This document shows, in pieces, positions 12,817-24,409 of a stretch of 64,000 bases of DNA. Every line of letters begins with the position of its first letter. The first letter of the stretch is position 1. The notes below the pieces were generated by a model. It saw only the letters and a program-made list of their open reading frames with translations, was not told the origin of the DNA and did no database searches. Source of the DNA: Octopus vulgaris. Its lineage: Eukaryota. The stretch spans positions 208,320,001 to 208,384,000 of the forward strand of contig OX597815.1 in NCBI GenBank assembly GCA_951406725.2, in the 5' to 3' direction. A program made the translations under genes and the position numbers.

Positions 12817-13215
12817 TAGGTGCAGGAGTTCCTGTGTGGTAAGTAGCTTGCTTACCAGCCACATGGTTCTGGGTTCAGTCCCACTGCATGGCACCTTGGG
12901 CAAGTGTCTTCTACTATAGCCTCAGGCGAACCAAAGCGTTGTGAGTGGATTTGGTAGACGGAAACTGAAAGAAGCCCATTGTATATATGTATATATATAT
13001 GTGTGTGTGTGTGTGTATGTGTTTACGTGTGTCTGTGTTTGTCCCCCCAACATCGCTTGACAACCGATGTGTCTGTGTTTACGTCCCCGTAAGAGACCAA
13101 TAGAATAAGTACTGGGCTTACAAAGAATAAGTCCTGGGGTCGATTTGCTCAACTAAAAGGCGGTGCTCCAGCATGGCCACAGTCAAATGACTAAAACAAG
13201 TAAAAGAGTAAAGAG
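12817..13215 (+). mobile_element. SINE family A
   Basis: Family homology. Confidence 0.85.
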
Positions 13216-13228
13216 CATATGCACATGT

Positions 13229-13524
<296 letters not shown>

Positions 13525-13819
13525 TTTTATGACTACTTTTCCATGCTTGCATCGGTTAGACAGAATTCATTGATGTAGATTTTCCATGGCTGGATTCTCT
13601 TATTGTAACTCACCTTCACCTGTTTCCAAACAAGGTAATATTCCCCATGGCTAGACGTGTCTTCATCAAAGAATGGAATCAAAGGACACTAATCTTAGTA
13701 CTTTGATGTTAGACACAAATACACACACCCATGTAAGAATTCTCTCTCCTTCGTAAAGGATCACATCCGTGGAATTAGCTCATCCTGGGATACAGATGTG
13801 ATTTCTGTAGAGCTCCGAA

Positions 13820-13985
13820 TAGGTGCAGGCATGGCTGTGTGGTAAGAAGCTTCCTTTCAAACTACATGATTCAAAGTTCAGTCCCACTACTTGGCACCTT
13901 GGGCAAGTGTCTTCTGCTATAGCCTTGGGCTGACCAAAACCCATGAATGGTTTTAGTAAATGGAAACTGAAAGAAGCCCGCCATA

Positions 13986-14028
<43 letters not shown>

Positions 14029-14277
14029 GCATGCACATACATACACACACATACACACGTGTGTGTGTGTGCCTTTGTGTCTGTGTTTGTCCTCCACCAC
14101 CACTTGACAACCAATGTTGGTTTGTTTACATCTCTGTAACTTAGTGATTTGGTAAAAGAGATCAATAAAATAAGTACCAGGCTTAAAAAAATAAGTTCTG
14201 AAGCCGATTCATTTAACTAAAAGTTCTTTAAGGTGGTGCCTCAGCATGGCCACAGCCTAATGACTGAAATAGATACA

Positions 14278-14280
<3 letters not shown>
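13820..14280 (+). mobile_element. SINE family A
   Basis: Family homology. Confidence 0.8.
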
Positions 14281-14325
<45 letters not shown>

Positions 14326-14394
14326 GTGTGTCTGTATGTGTGTGTTTGTGTGTGTATTTGTATGTATGTGCATGTATACATGCCCCTATATATA

Positions 14395-14815
14395 TGACCA
14401 CTGCCATGTTAACGTTTGTTTTCATTTTGCCGCAAAGGCATTTTTCAAATACGCCAGCCAAGATAAATTAAAAATTGTCTAAAGTCGTAAGACGCCCGCT
14501 GTTTTTGTCCTGCTTACCATTCTTGTTTTTTATTTCTATTTTTTGTTTCTTGTATTTATATTCATGTGGCATCCTGTCTTTGTTTCGTATACATTCGATC
14601 CTCTTTCCAAGAAATCTAATGCCTGTGGCTTAGTTTTTCATTGGGGCTGGCCGGATCGGAGTGATATCGAGATTAAACAACCGAAATTGCTAAGATGATT
14701 CGGTTCCGACTGAAGATTAGAGGCTTCGAGTGACCCATCTGTTTTTTTTTGTGTCGTCTCTGTGTGTTTTTGCGTTCTTGTCCCACTTTGTAATTTATAT
14801 TTTATATTTAATTTC
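14395..14815 (+). mobile_element. PLE-like pLTR element between (TA)n tracts; second copy at 51405-51650
   Basis: Shared ACATTCGATCC..CAAGAAATCTAA..GGCCGGATC..GACTGAAGATT..TTCGA. Confidence 0.55.
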
Positions 14816-14816
14816 T

Positions 14817-14851
<35 letters not shown>

Positions 14852-14853
<2 letters not shown>

Positions 14854-15209
14854 AGCAAAACGCCCCCCCCCCCATCCAATGGACGGTGCTGAGTTGTCAA
14901 ATATTTAAACCAAATTTTCTCAAATGAACTCGTCGGACCTCTCCTTTGAGAAACACTGATTTAACCTCAATTTGAGACACCAGCAAAAGAAGAAATAAAG
15001 ATAGACATTTTGTCTGTTCCAAGAAAAACGATTTTACAAATGCACGTTCCCACGGCTTTATCGATTGCATTCTCACCTGAAATTGATTTTTGTAATTTTT
15101 GCAAGACTTATACACGCCCTGATACCGTCGGTATCTACATATCAAATTTAAGTGCAATCGGATGGAGGATGCCCGAGATCCTAGAACAGACAGACAGAAC
15201 GGATTTTAT
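14852..15209 (-). mobile_element. Non-autonomous Helitron-like element
   Basis: 5' (CTGT)n and CCGATTGCACTTAAATTTG motif. 3' hairpin CCGTC..GATGG, then CTTG|T. Confidence 0.6.
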
Positions 15210-15744
15210 GGCCCAGTGGTTAGGGCAGCGGACTTGCGGTCGGAGGATCGCGGTTTCGATTCCCAGACCGGGCGTTGTGTGTGTTTATTGAGCGAAAACA
15301 CCTAAAAGCTCCACGAGGCTCCGGCAGGGGATGGTGGTGATCCCTGCTGTACTCTTTCACCACTCTAAAGGCGGTGCTCCAGCATGGCCACAGTCAAATG
15401 ACTGAAACAAGTACAAAAAAAAAAAAAAAATATATATATAATGAGCTTCTTTGAGTTTTCTGTTTACCAAAGCCATGCACAAGGCATTAAATGAGCCCAA
15501 GGCTATAATAGAATATCCTTGCCTAAGGTACCACACACTGGAACTGTACTCAAAACCACAAGAAGGAATTTCTTTTGGCTTTGAATGCACTGTATGAAAT
15601 AACTTTAATTTCTTCTAGTTTATGTCAGACATCTTATCTATTATTCCACATCTTTGCAGTTACCTCACCACCATTCCTATAACCAAAACCAATCATCTTC
15701 TGTCAGTCATCAAGACTATGGTTGTTCATGGCTTTGGCATGACT

Positions 15745-15949
15745 TACTCTCTCTCTCTTTTACTCTTTTACTTGTTTCAGTCATTTGACTGCGGCCATGC
15801 TGGAGCACCACCTTTAGTCGAGGAAATCGACCCCGGGACTTATTCTTTGTAAGCCCAGTACTTATTCTATCGGTCTCTTTTGCCGAACCGCTAAGTGACG
15901 GGGACGCAAATACACTAGCATCGGTTGTCAAGCAATGCCAGGGGGACAA

Positions 15950-15986
<37 letters not shown>

Positions 15987-16150
15987 CGACGGGCTTCTTT
16001 CAGTTTCTGTCTACCAAATCCACTCACAAGGCATTGGTCAGCCCGGGGCTATAGCAGAAGACACTTGCCCAAGATGCCACGCAGTGGGACTGAACCCGGA
16101 ACCATGTGGTTGGTTAGCAAGCTACTTACCAAACAGCCACTCCTGCGCCT
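15745..16150 (-). mobile_element. SINE family A, young full-length
   Basis: Family homology. Confidence 0.9.
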
Positions 16151-16154
16151 TGAT

Positions 16155-16460
16155 AAGCTTTCTCCGTACTGGTCAGCTTTTCACTTGAGTTTGCCATTCA
16201 TCATGATTGATTCCTTGCCACTTCATAATCCTTTTTGCAATATCTTTGAATCTCAGTCTAGGTTTTCCATGGTTTCTATTCCCCTTGCATAATTGGGACT
16301 ATAGGATTTGTCTGGGGAATCTGCTGTTGTTCATCCTGTGTACCTGACCCAACTAACATAAATTTCTATCAGTGAGGATTTCCATCAAAGAAGGCAAACC
16401 AACATGTTGTAGGGTCTCTTCATTCTTGATCTCGTCAAAGAGAGTAATATTCATAATTGT
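16155..16460 (-). mobile_element. RTE (BovB-like) LINE fragment, degenerate
   Basis: EIKNEETLQHVGLPSL..LGQVHRMNNSRFPRQIL..GKPRLRFKD. Confidence 0.65.
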
Positions 16461-17578
16461 TGCTAATTCATAGCGGACCTCATCATGCACAACTTTCATC
16501 CTTAACATTCTCAAATTAATTAATTATTGATTCTTCACTACGCAAGATATCCTCTTCAATTGTTAACTTACCATCTTTATCAAGAATCTCTTTGATGAGA
16601 GACACATGGTTTGAAATTTTGTGGAGAGGGGCCAGTTGATTACATCAATGCCAGTGCTCGACTGATACGTATTTTATTGATATCAAAAGAACAAAAGGCA
16701 ATGTCATACTCAGTGACATTTGAATTCAGAAGGTAAAGTTGGAAGGAATGCCACTAAGCATTTTGCCTAGTGTGATCACAGTTCTACCAGCTCGCCACCT
16801 TTTATCTCTATAATCAATAAACATTATTAATGTCATTTTCAATATGTTCCGTTGCTCCCTAACACATTACAATTGACTGTTTTAATTCCATTTAGAAGAC
16901 ATATCTATTTTAAAAGACCTATTGAAATATTTATTGCTGTAAATTTCTTATCTCAGAAAATATCTCTTGCTGATGGCTTGTCTGTTCTTAATATCAAATA
17001 AATCCTTTCATAGGCACAGGTGTGGTTGTGTGGTAAGAAATTAGCTTCCAAACCACATGGCTTAGGGTTCAGTCCCATTGCATGTCACTTTGGGTGATCT
17101 AGTGTTGCCCTTGAGTGACCAAAACCTTGTGAGTGGATTTGGTAGATGGAAACTTAAAGAAGCCTATCATATATACAATTATATATATGCATACATGTAT
17201 GTATGTATGTATACATGTATGTATGTATGTATGTATGTATGTATGTATGTATGTATGTATGTATATTTGAATAAAAATTAGAGATCTATACAAATAAAAT
17301 TTTATATGAAAAAAGATAGAGGTGGAAATAGCACAGAATTAAGTCTAAGACATTTATTAATATTAATATTACCGATTTCTATGTTCTTGACCACCAAACA
17401 AAAGACAGACTGTTTTTCCTTCAAAGTTTTCAAATTTTCATAAATTTTTACTAATATTTGATAAGATAAAATACATCAAAAGTGGTAATATTCATATTTT
17501 TATTTATATAATCTTTTATTAAATTCCCTCTTAAACTGAAATGACTTAATTCTGTGCTATTTCCACCTCCATCTTTAT

Positions 17579-18178
17579 ATCATCATCATCATCGTTTAAC
17601 GTCCGTTTTCCATGCTAGCACGGGTTGGACGGTTCGACCGGGGTCTGGGAAGCCAGGAGGCTGCACCAGGCTCCAGTCTGATCTGGCAGTGTTTCTACAG
17701 CTGGATGCCCTTCCTAACGCCAACCACTCCGTGATTGTTGGGAGTAGTTTTTACGTGCCACCCGCACAGGTGCCAGACGGAGCTGGCAGACGGCCATGGA
17801 CGGATGGTACTTTTTACGTGCTACTGGCATGGGGGCCACGCGAGGCTGGCAATGGCCACGATCGGATGGTGCTTTTTACGTGCCACAGGCACGGGGCCCA
17901 GGCCAGGCTGGCAACGGCCACGAACGGATGGTGCTTTTTACGTGCCACCGGCATGGGGGCCAGGCGAGGCTGGCAACGGCCATGAACGGATGGTGCTTTT
18001 TACCTGCCACCGGAACAGAGGCCAGTCGATGCGGCACTGGCAACAGCCACGATCGGATGGTTCGCTTACTTGTCACCGGCACTGGTATCACAGCTGCAAT
18101 TTCCATTGATGTTGATCAGCTTCGATTTTGGTTCTGCTTTCTGATATCTGATTTGATTTGGTTTGATTTTGATTTTTA
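17579..18178 (-). mobile_element. Family C (RTE 3' UTR) with an internal ~62-bp tandem array (about 5 units)
   Basis: Repeated GGATGGTGCTTTTTACGTGCCAC..GGCTGGCAA.GGCCA.GA. Confidence 0.8.
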
Positions 18179-19119
18179 TATATATATATAAATAGATATG
18201 TATGTATATGTATGTGTATATGCATGCACATGTGTGTGTCCGTGTGTCTGTGCATGTGTGTGTGCATCTTATTGTCTCCCTGTTTTGACACCACATGATG
18301 TTTGTAAATGAGTGTAACTATCATGGAAGTGACATCCTTCATTTCCAATCTTCCATGAAAAACTTGTCTGTCCAAAGAGAAATTATTTCCTCGGTTGGAA
18401 ACAAGTGAAGGTTGGGGGATAGGAAGAGCATCCAGATGTAGAAAATCCACCTCAACAAATTCCATCTGACCCTTAGAAATATGGAAAAGGGGACACTAAA
18501 ATGATGATAAATTACACCTATTTTATGGTCCTCTTGTATTCTGAGATTTCCATCCTTTTTTTTTTTTTTTTCTTTTGCATCATCACAAACAGAGAAGTCC
18601 AATTATTCCTTCCAGAAGGAATCATTTCTCAGAGATCCTCATTAATTATTTTCTCTAGCTTCTCTATGACTAATGGCTTAATGCGTATCAGTAATGGTCT
18701 TACTTCAAAATAACATGACCTATTATTGCTTTTGAAAAGAATGTTTGCATTAAAAGCTCTTAATCTCCAAAATAATTCTGAGGAATTAATGCTAAGCAAT
18801 CAATTTTTCCATCAAATCCATTCTAAAGAAGCCGTGATTTTGATTTTTCTACATTCAGTAACACTGACACTCATGACATTTGTTCTCTTATTAGTTTCCA
18901 TTAAGGCATCAAACTTGACCAAAATTTTAACAAGTGATCATTCAAATTGTTTCAGTCGGCGATTGCTGTTCAACATCGGTTTATATCAAATCCATCCAGA
19001 ACTTCTGAGACCTTACCAGTTCCTGACTGCCAGTATCATCTTGCAGCATCATGTTAACATTCAGTTTTACATTACTCTTCGAAGCATTCTATTTTATTTT
19101 ATCTTATTTATTTATTTAT

Positions 19120-19506
19120 CTCTCTTTACTCTTTTACTTGTTTCAGTCATTTGATTGCGGCCATGCTGGAGCACAGCCTTTAGTCGAGCAAATCGACCCT
19201 GGGACTTATTCTTTGTAAGCCTAGTACTTATTCTATCGGTCTCTTTGCCAAACCACTAAGTGACGGGGACGTAAACACACCAGCATCGGTTGTCAAGCAA
19301 TGCTAGGACAAACAGAGTACAAACACACGCATACATATATACGACAGGCTTCTTTCAGTTTCCGTCTACCAAATCCATTCACAAGGCATTGGTCGTCCCG
19401 GGGCTATAGCAGAAGACACTTGCCCAAGATGCCACACAGTGGGACTGAACCCGGAACCATGTGGCTGGTTAGCAAGCTACTTACCACACAGCCACTCCTG
19501 CACCTA
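19120..19506 (-). mobile_element. SINE family A
   Basis: Family homology. Confidence 0.85.
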
Positions 19507-19572
19507 TCTTATTTATCTATTTATTTATTTAATTTGCCAATTTCATAAACACTTGCAGAAACTTCATTTTCT

Positions 19573-20593
19573 AAGGCGGTGAGCTGGCAGAAATGTTAGC
19601 ACCCCGGGCGAAATGCATAGCGGTATTTCGTCTGCCATTACGTTCTGAGTTCAAATTCCGCCAAGGTCAACTTTGCCTTTCATCCTTTCAGGGTCGATTA
19701 AATAAGTACCAGTTATGCACTGGGGTCGATATCATCGATTCAATCCGTTTGTCTGTCCTTGTTTGTCCTCTCAGTGTTTAGCGCCTGGTAGGTAGTAAAG
19801 AAATAGGTATTTCGTCTGCTGTTACATTCTGAGTTCAAATTCTGCCGAGGTCGACTTTGCCTTTCATCCTTTCGGGGTCAACTTTGCTTTACATCCATTT
19901 GGGGTCGATTAAATAAGTACCAGTTATGCACTGGGGTCGATATAATCGACTTCATCCCTTCGTCTATCCTTGTTCGTCCCCTCTATGTTTAGCCCCTTGT
20001 GGGTAGTAAAGAAATAGGTATTTCATCTGTCGTTATGTTCTGAGTTCAAATTCTGCTGAGGTCGACTTTGCCTTTCATCCTTTGGGTCGATTAAATAAGT
20101 ACCAGTTACGCACTGGGGTCGATGTAATCGATTTAATCCGTTTGTCTGTCCTTGTTTGTCCTCTCTGTGTTTAGCCCCTTGTGGGTAGTAAAGAAATAGG
20201 TATTTCGTCTGCTGTTACATTCTGAGTTCAAATTCTGCCAAGGTCGACTTTGCCTTTCATCCTTTCGGGGTCGACTTTGCTTTTCATCCATTTGGGGTCG
20301 ATTAAATAAGTACCAGTTACGCACTGGGTTGATGTAATCGACTTAATCCCTTTGTCTGTCCTTGTTTGTCTCCTCTGTGTTTAGCCCCTTGTGGGTAGTA
20401 AAGAAACAGGTATTTCGTCTGCTGTTATGTTCTGAGTTCAAATTCTGCCGAGGTCGACTTTGCCTTTCATCCTTTCAGGGTCGATTAAATAAGTACCAGT
20501 TACGCACTGGAGTCGATGCAATCGACTTAATCCCTTTGTCTCTCCTTGTTCGTCCCCTCTGTGTTTAGCCCCTTGTGGGCAATAAAGAAATAA
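19573..20593 (+). repeat. Nin/Deu-domain SINE (family B) with its body amplified 5 times in an A-B-A-B-A pattern
   Basis: GGTATTTC at 19622, 19806, 20017, 20199 and 20409. Units 2 and 4 carry an extra ~28-bp duplication. Confidence 0.9.
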
Positions 20594-21156
20594 GAAACTT
20601 TATTTTTAGTTTCTTTTATCATTTACCCTTCACTTGGTCAACTCATTAGACTACAGCCATGCTGGGGCAACACCTTAAGAACTTCAATTGAACTAATCAA
20701 CCCTAATATTACAGTTTTTTGTCTCTTTTTTTTTATATAGTTTAGTACTTATTTTATCAGTCTTTTTTTAACTGAGCACTAAAGTTATTGAGATGTAAAC
20801 AAACCAACGCTGGTTGAACAAGCACTGGAGGAGAGGTAAGAAACAGTCACAAAGATACATGCACACATCCACACAATCATACACACATATGTGAATGTGT
20901 GTGTGTATGTGTGTGTGCATATATTCTTTTATTCTTTTACATGTTTCAGTAATTTGACTGCAGCCATGCTGGAGCAGTGCCTTTAGTTGAACAAATCAAC
21001 CCCAGAAATTATTCTTTGTAAGCCTAGTACTTATTCTATCAGTCTCTTCTGCCAAACTGCTAAGTTACAGCGACATAAACACACCAACATCGGTTGTCAA
21101 GCGATGTTGGGGGGGGACAAACACAAGTACACAAAAATACTCTCACACACACACAC

Positions 21157-21356
21157 ATTAGCTACTGCACGCATTTTTTTTCTCTCCTTCTTTCTGTGTT
21201 TTTTTTCTCTCTGTGTATCTTTCTGTTGAAGAGCGTAGGCTCGAAACATTAAAGACTTGTTTTATTTATATTTCCTGAGCGCCATACTAATACAATTGTT
21301 CGTTTGTTTTCCACCTGCCTTCGTCTTTTGTCTATTTTCATAAAGCTTCCCGTCAT
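21157..21356 (+). mobile_element. PLE-like solo pLTR with variant hammerhead (21218-21255), inside the central tract of SINE A (~20925-21495)
   Basis: TCTTT-CTGTTGA-A-GAGC-GTAG-GCTC-GAAA-C-ATT-AAAGA. Confidence 0.6.
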
Positions 21357-21908
21357 ATATACAACAGGCTTCTTTCCGTTTCTGTCTACCAATTCCACTC
21401 AAAAGGCTTGGGTCGACCCGAGGCTATAGTAGAAGACACTTGCTCATGATACGTCATAGTGGTACTGAACCTGAAACCACAGGCTGCAAAACATGTAGCT
21501 ATCTCCTCATTTACGCTCCAAAACATCTGGATCAAAATAGTCATCTGGGAGGTCATGGATGGAAAGGTAGAGAGGCTTTGAAAATGAGGAAGCACAAGTA
21601 GATGACAATCGTCTGTGAAGATGGAATAATCAACATAAGCGTATGTATGTTGAAAGAATAGATATATTTCATTAACATATGCAACATAGACAGCCAGACA
21701 GACACACACACACACACACACATTTAACTCTCTTTGTGCATGTATATGTGTATGTGTTTGAGTTTGTGTATCTATCAATCTACCTACTGACTTACAAAGC
21801 AACCTATTTGTCTGGTAATCAAATAATCTTACTTTCTCTTAATGAAGGAGATGCACAAATTCTTGACAAACTTCACATAATATAAGACAGAAGTCCATAT
21901 TCATTATC

Positions 21909-22260
21909 TACATTATTTACATTTGATGGATATTTGTCCTCATCTTGTTTGTTGTTAGCGCAATGTTTCAGCTGATATACCCTCCAGCCTTCTTCGGGTG
22001 TTTTGGGGAAATTTCGAACCTGGGTTCTCATTCCTAAGGTATTTTTCAATGTTATTCCGAGTTTGATTCTATGCAGTGACCTGAACAACAACAACAGCAA
22101 GAACAACAACAAATACCTTAGGAATGAAAACTCAGGTTCAAAATTTCCCCAAGACACCTGATGAAGGCTGGAGGGTATACCAGCTGAAACATTGTGTTAT
22201 CAACAAAGATGAGGACAAATATCCATCAATTATAAATAATGTACATAATTCCTCATCTCT
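21909..22260. mobile_element. Inverted pLTR (fold-back) PLE element with hammerhead at 22153-22198 (+)
   Basis: Arms 21909-22044 and 22111-22243. Motif GACAC-CTGATGA-A-GGCTGG..CCAGCT-GAAA-C-ATT-GTGTT. Confidence 0.8.
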
Positions 22261-22487
22261 TAACCTTTTCGTTACTAACCCGGCCGAAACCGGCTCTGGC
22301 TTTGAGTATAAATGTCTTGTTTTCATAAGTTTTTAATTAAAATCTTCCACCAAACCTTAGTCACAGTTTATGTTCCTAACACTAGCTTAATGATAACTAA
22401 GTTATTTTACTAAATTCTTTGTAATATACAAAGTAATTGAAAGAAATACAGAGCATCTCAAAATAAATACAGTAACGAAAGGGTTAA
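22260..22487. mobile_element. piggyBac-type MITE
   Basis: TTAA TSD and TIR CC(T/C)TTTCGTTAC/GTAACGAAAGGG. An inverted copy lies at 25966-26191. Confidence 0.85.
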
Positions 22488-22776
22488 ATATAGAAGTTCA
22501 TATTGTATCAAACTGCCCTCTGTTACACCAGCTGTATTTAGACAACTTATTATTATAAATCTGTGTTCTTCAAATTTATTATAAATAACGATCACAGATT
22601 ATTGTGGTCTCATAGTAAGCAGCATTTAATTAGAAATTTCTTTTGCTTTATGATACAAACTGAAATAGCTGCAGCTTGAGTTTGTCTCTTAGAAGTGTTG
22701 TTGTTTAATACCAACTCATCTCCATGATTTTCATTATCATCATTTAACATCCAATTTCCATTCTGACATGGGCTGA

Positions 22777-23437
22777 ATATTCTGTTGTGTTTGGGGAGAG
22801 TAATTTTCTTTTTGTACCTTTATAATGTAACACACTCACCGGTAAAATTTCCACTTTTTTCTTATTTTTATGAAGATGTACTTGCAGAGCAAGTGATTTG
22901 ATCTGAGATCATGTGTGCTGGAACGAAAACAATTGCAGCGTGGAAGGTGTTTGTAAGCCATTTAAGAAACACACAAAATCCGTTCGATTCACTTCAACAT
23001 TTAAATTTAATTTGTCAAAATATTTTCGTCGCTAAAATCCGCGACCTGTTCACTGACAAAAATCCGTGCTCAGTGAACAGGTCGCGGATTTTAGCGATGA
23101 AAATATTTTGACAAAATAAACTTAAATGTTGAAGTGAATCGAACAGCTTTTGTGTGTTTCTTAAATGGCTTACAAACACCTTCCACACTGCAATTGTTTT
23201 CTTATTTTTATTTTTATAAAATTTTCGTTGTGTCTTGCAACATTTTCAATAGTTTTGACTATGCTGATTTTACTGAGAAGATCTTCTGTACTAAATATTA
23301 AGAAAGTCAAAACTATTGAAAAGTTTGCAAGACGCAACAAAAATTTTAGGAAAATAAAAATAAGAAATTTTACCGGTGAATGTGCTACATTATAAGGCAC
23401 AAAAATAAAATGACTCTCCCCAGACACAACAGAATAT
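22777..23437. mobile_element. Outer fold-back element with a nested second fold-back (22871-23200)
   Basis: Outer termini ATATTCTGTTGTGT../..ACACAACAGAATAT. Inner arms 22925-23056 and 23070-23201. CTTATTTTTA is duplicated on both sides of the inner element. Confidence 0.85.
23012..23059 (-). ncRNA. Hammerhead-like motif with G3-C8 swapped core
   Basis: TTGTCA-GTGAACA-G-GTCGC..GCGAC-GAAA-ATAT-TT-TGACAA. A covarying copy lies at 31288-31336. Confidence 0.6.
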
Positions 23438-23717
23438 GCGTCAACACAAGAACTCATATAAAGAATCTTGCAAACCAAATCCAAAAGCGAAATGGGTTGA
23501 ATAGTTTGATAGGAACTGGCAAGCCAGAAGAGTGTACCAAGTTCAACTGTCTGCTTTGGTATTGATGCCTTTCCCGTTGCCAACCATTTTACAGAGTGGA
23601 CTTGGTGCTTTTATATGGCATAAGCACCAGTGAAATCACCAAGTAATTACATCCTCATCAGTGCTGGTGCCTCATAAAATACATGCAAGACACTCAGTAA
23701 AGGGGCTGGTATTAGGA

Positions 23718-24135
23718 AGGCGGAGCGCCGGCAGAAATGTTAGCAGGCCGGGTGAAATGCTTAGCGGTATTTCGTCTGCCGTTACGTTGTGAGTTCAAAT
23801 TCCACTGAGGTCGACTTTGCCTTTCATCCTTTCAGGGTCGATTAAATAAGTACCAGTTACGCACTGGGGTCGATATAATCGACTTGATCCGTTTGTCTGT
23901 CCTTGTTTGTCCTCTCTGTGTTTATCCCCTTGTGGGTAGTAAAGAAATAGGTATTTCGTCTGCCCTTATATTCTGAGTTCAAATTCCGCCGAGGTCAACT
24001 TTGCCTTTCATCCTTTCGGGGTTGATAAATTAAGTACCAGTTACGCACTGGGGTCGATGTAATCGACTTAATACCTATGTCTGTCCTTGTTTGTCCCCTC
24101 TGTGTTTAGCCCCTTGTGGGTAATAAAGAAATAGG
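23718..24135 (+). mobile_element. SINE family B with duplicated body
   Basis: Two GGTATTTCGTCTG units after one head. Confidence 0.85.
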
Positions 24136-24409
24136 TATTAGGAAGTCTTGTGATATTTCCTCATTACCATTGGTCAACATCATTAATTTAATGGATCGCA
24201 CTTTTAGACAAGGTGGTGTGCTCAACCTGACAAACCCACTTCATTTCATTTTGGTTTTTCTTTCCCTCCAGCAGCCAGATCCTCAATGTTCTTTTGAATC
24301 AAGAGTGATAACGAAGAGGGTATTCATGTTCCCTTTACATAATCCATACATACCTTAACCCATTAGCATTTATCTGGATAGAGTAACTGCAGATTATTTT
24401 GCTACTGTA

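Larger units (their letters stand above)
15560..18720 (-). pseudogene. Highly decayed Ty3/Gypsy pol, fragmented by later insertions
   Basis: 18510-18710 reads VRPLLIRIKPLVIEKLEKII..NNWTSLFVM..DGNLRI..DHKIGV (RT N-terminus). 16540-16570 reads KLTIEEDILR (pre-integrase). RNase H-like and zinc-finger-like traces lie in the expected order. Confidence 0.55.

Noticed and set aside
15206-15275. tRNA-like heads (also at 41267, 49560-49638 and 53180-53253)
   Set aside because: They lack a complete cloverleaf and continue into SINE bodies.
17740-18080. CRISPR-like repeat-spacer appearance
   Set aside because: The intervening sequences resemble each other, the repeat is part of a LINE 3' UTR, and there are no cas genes in this eukaryotic context.
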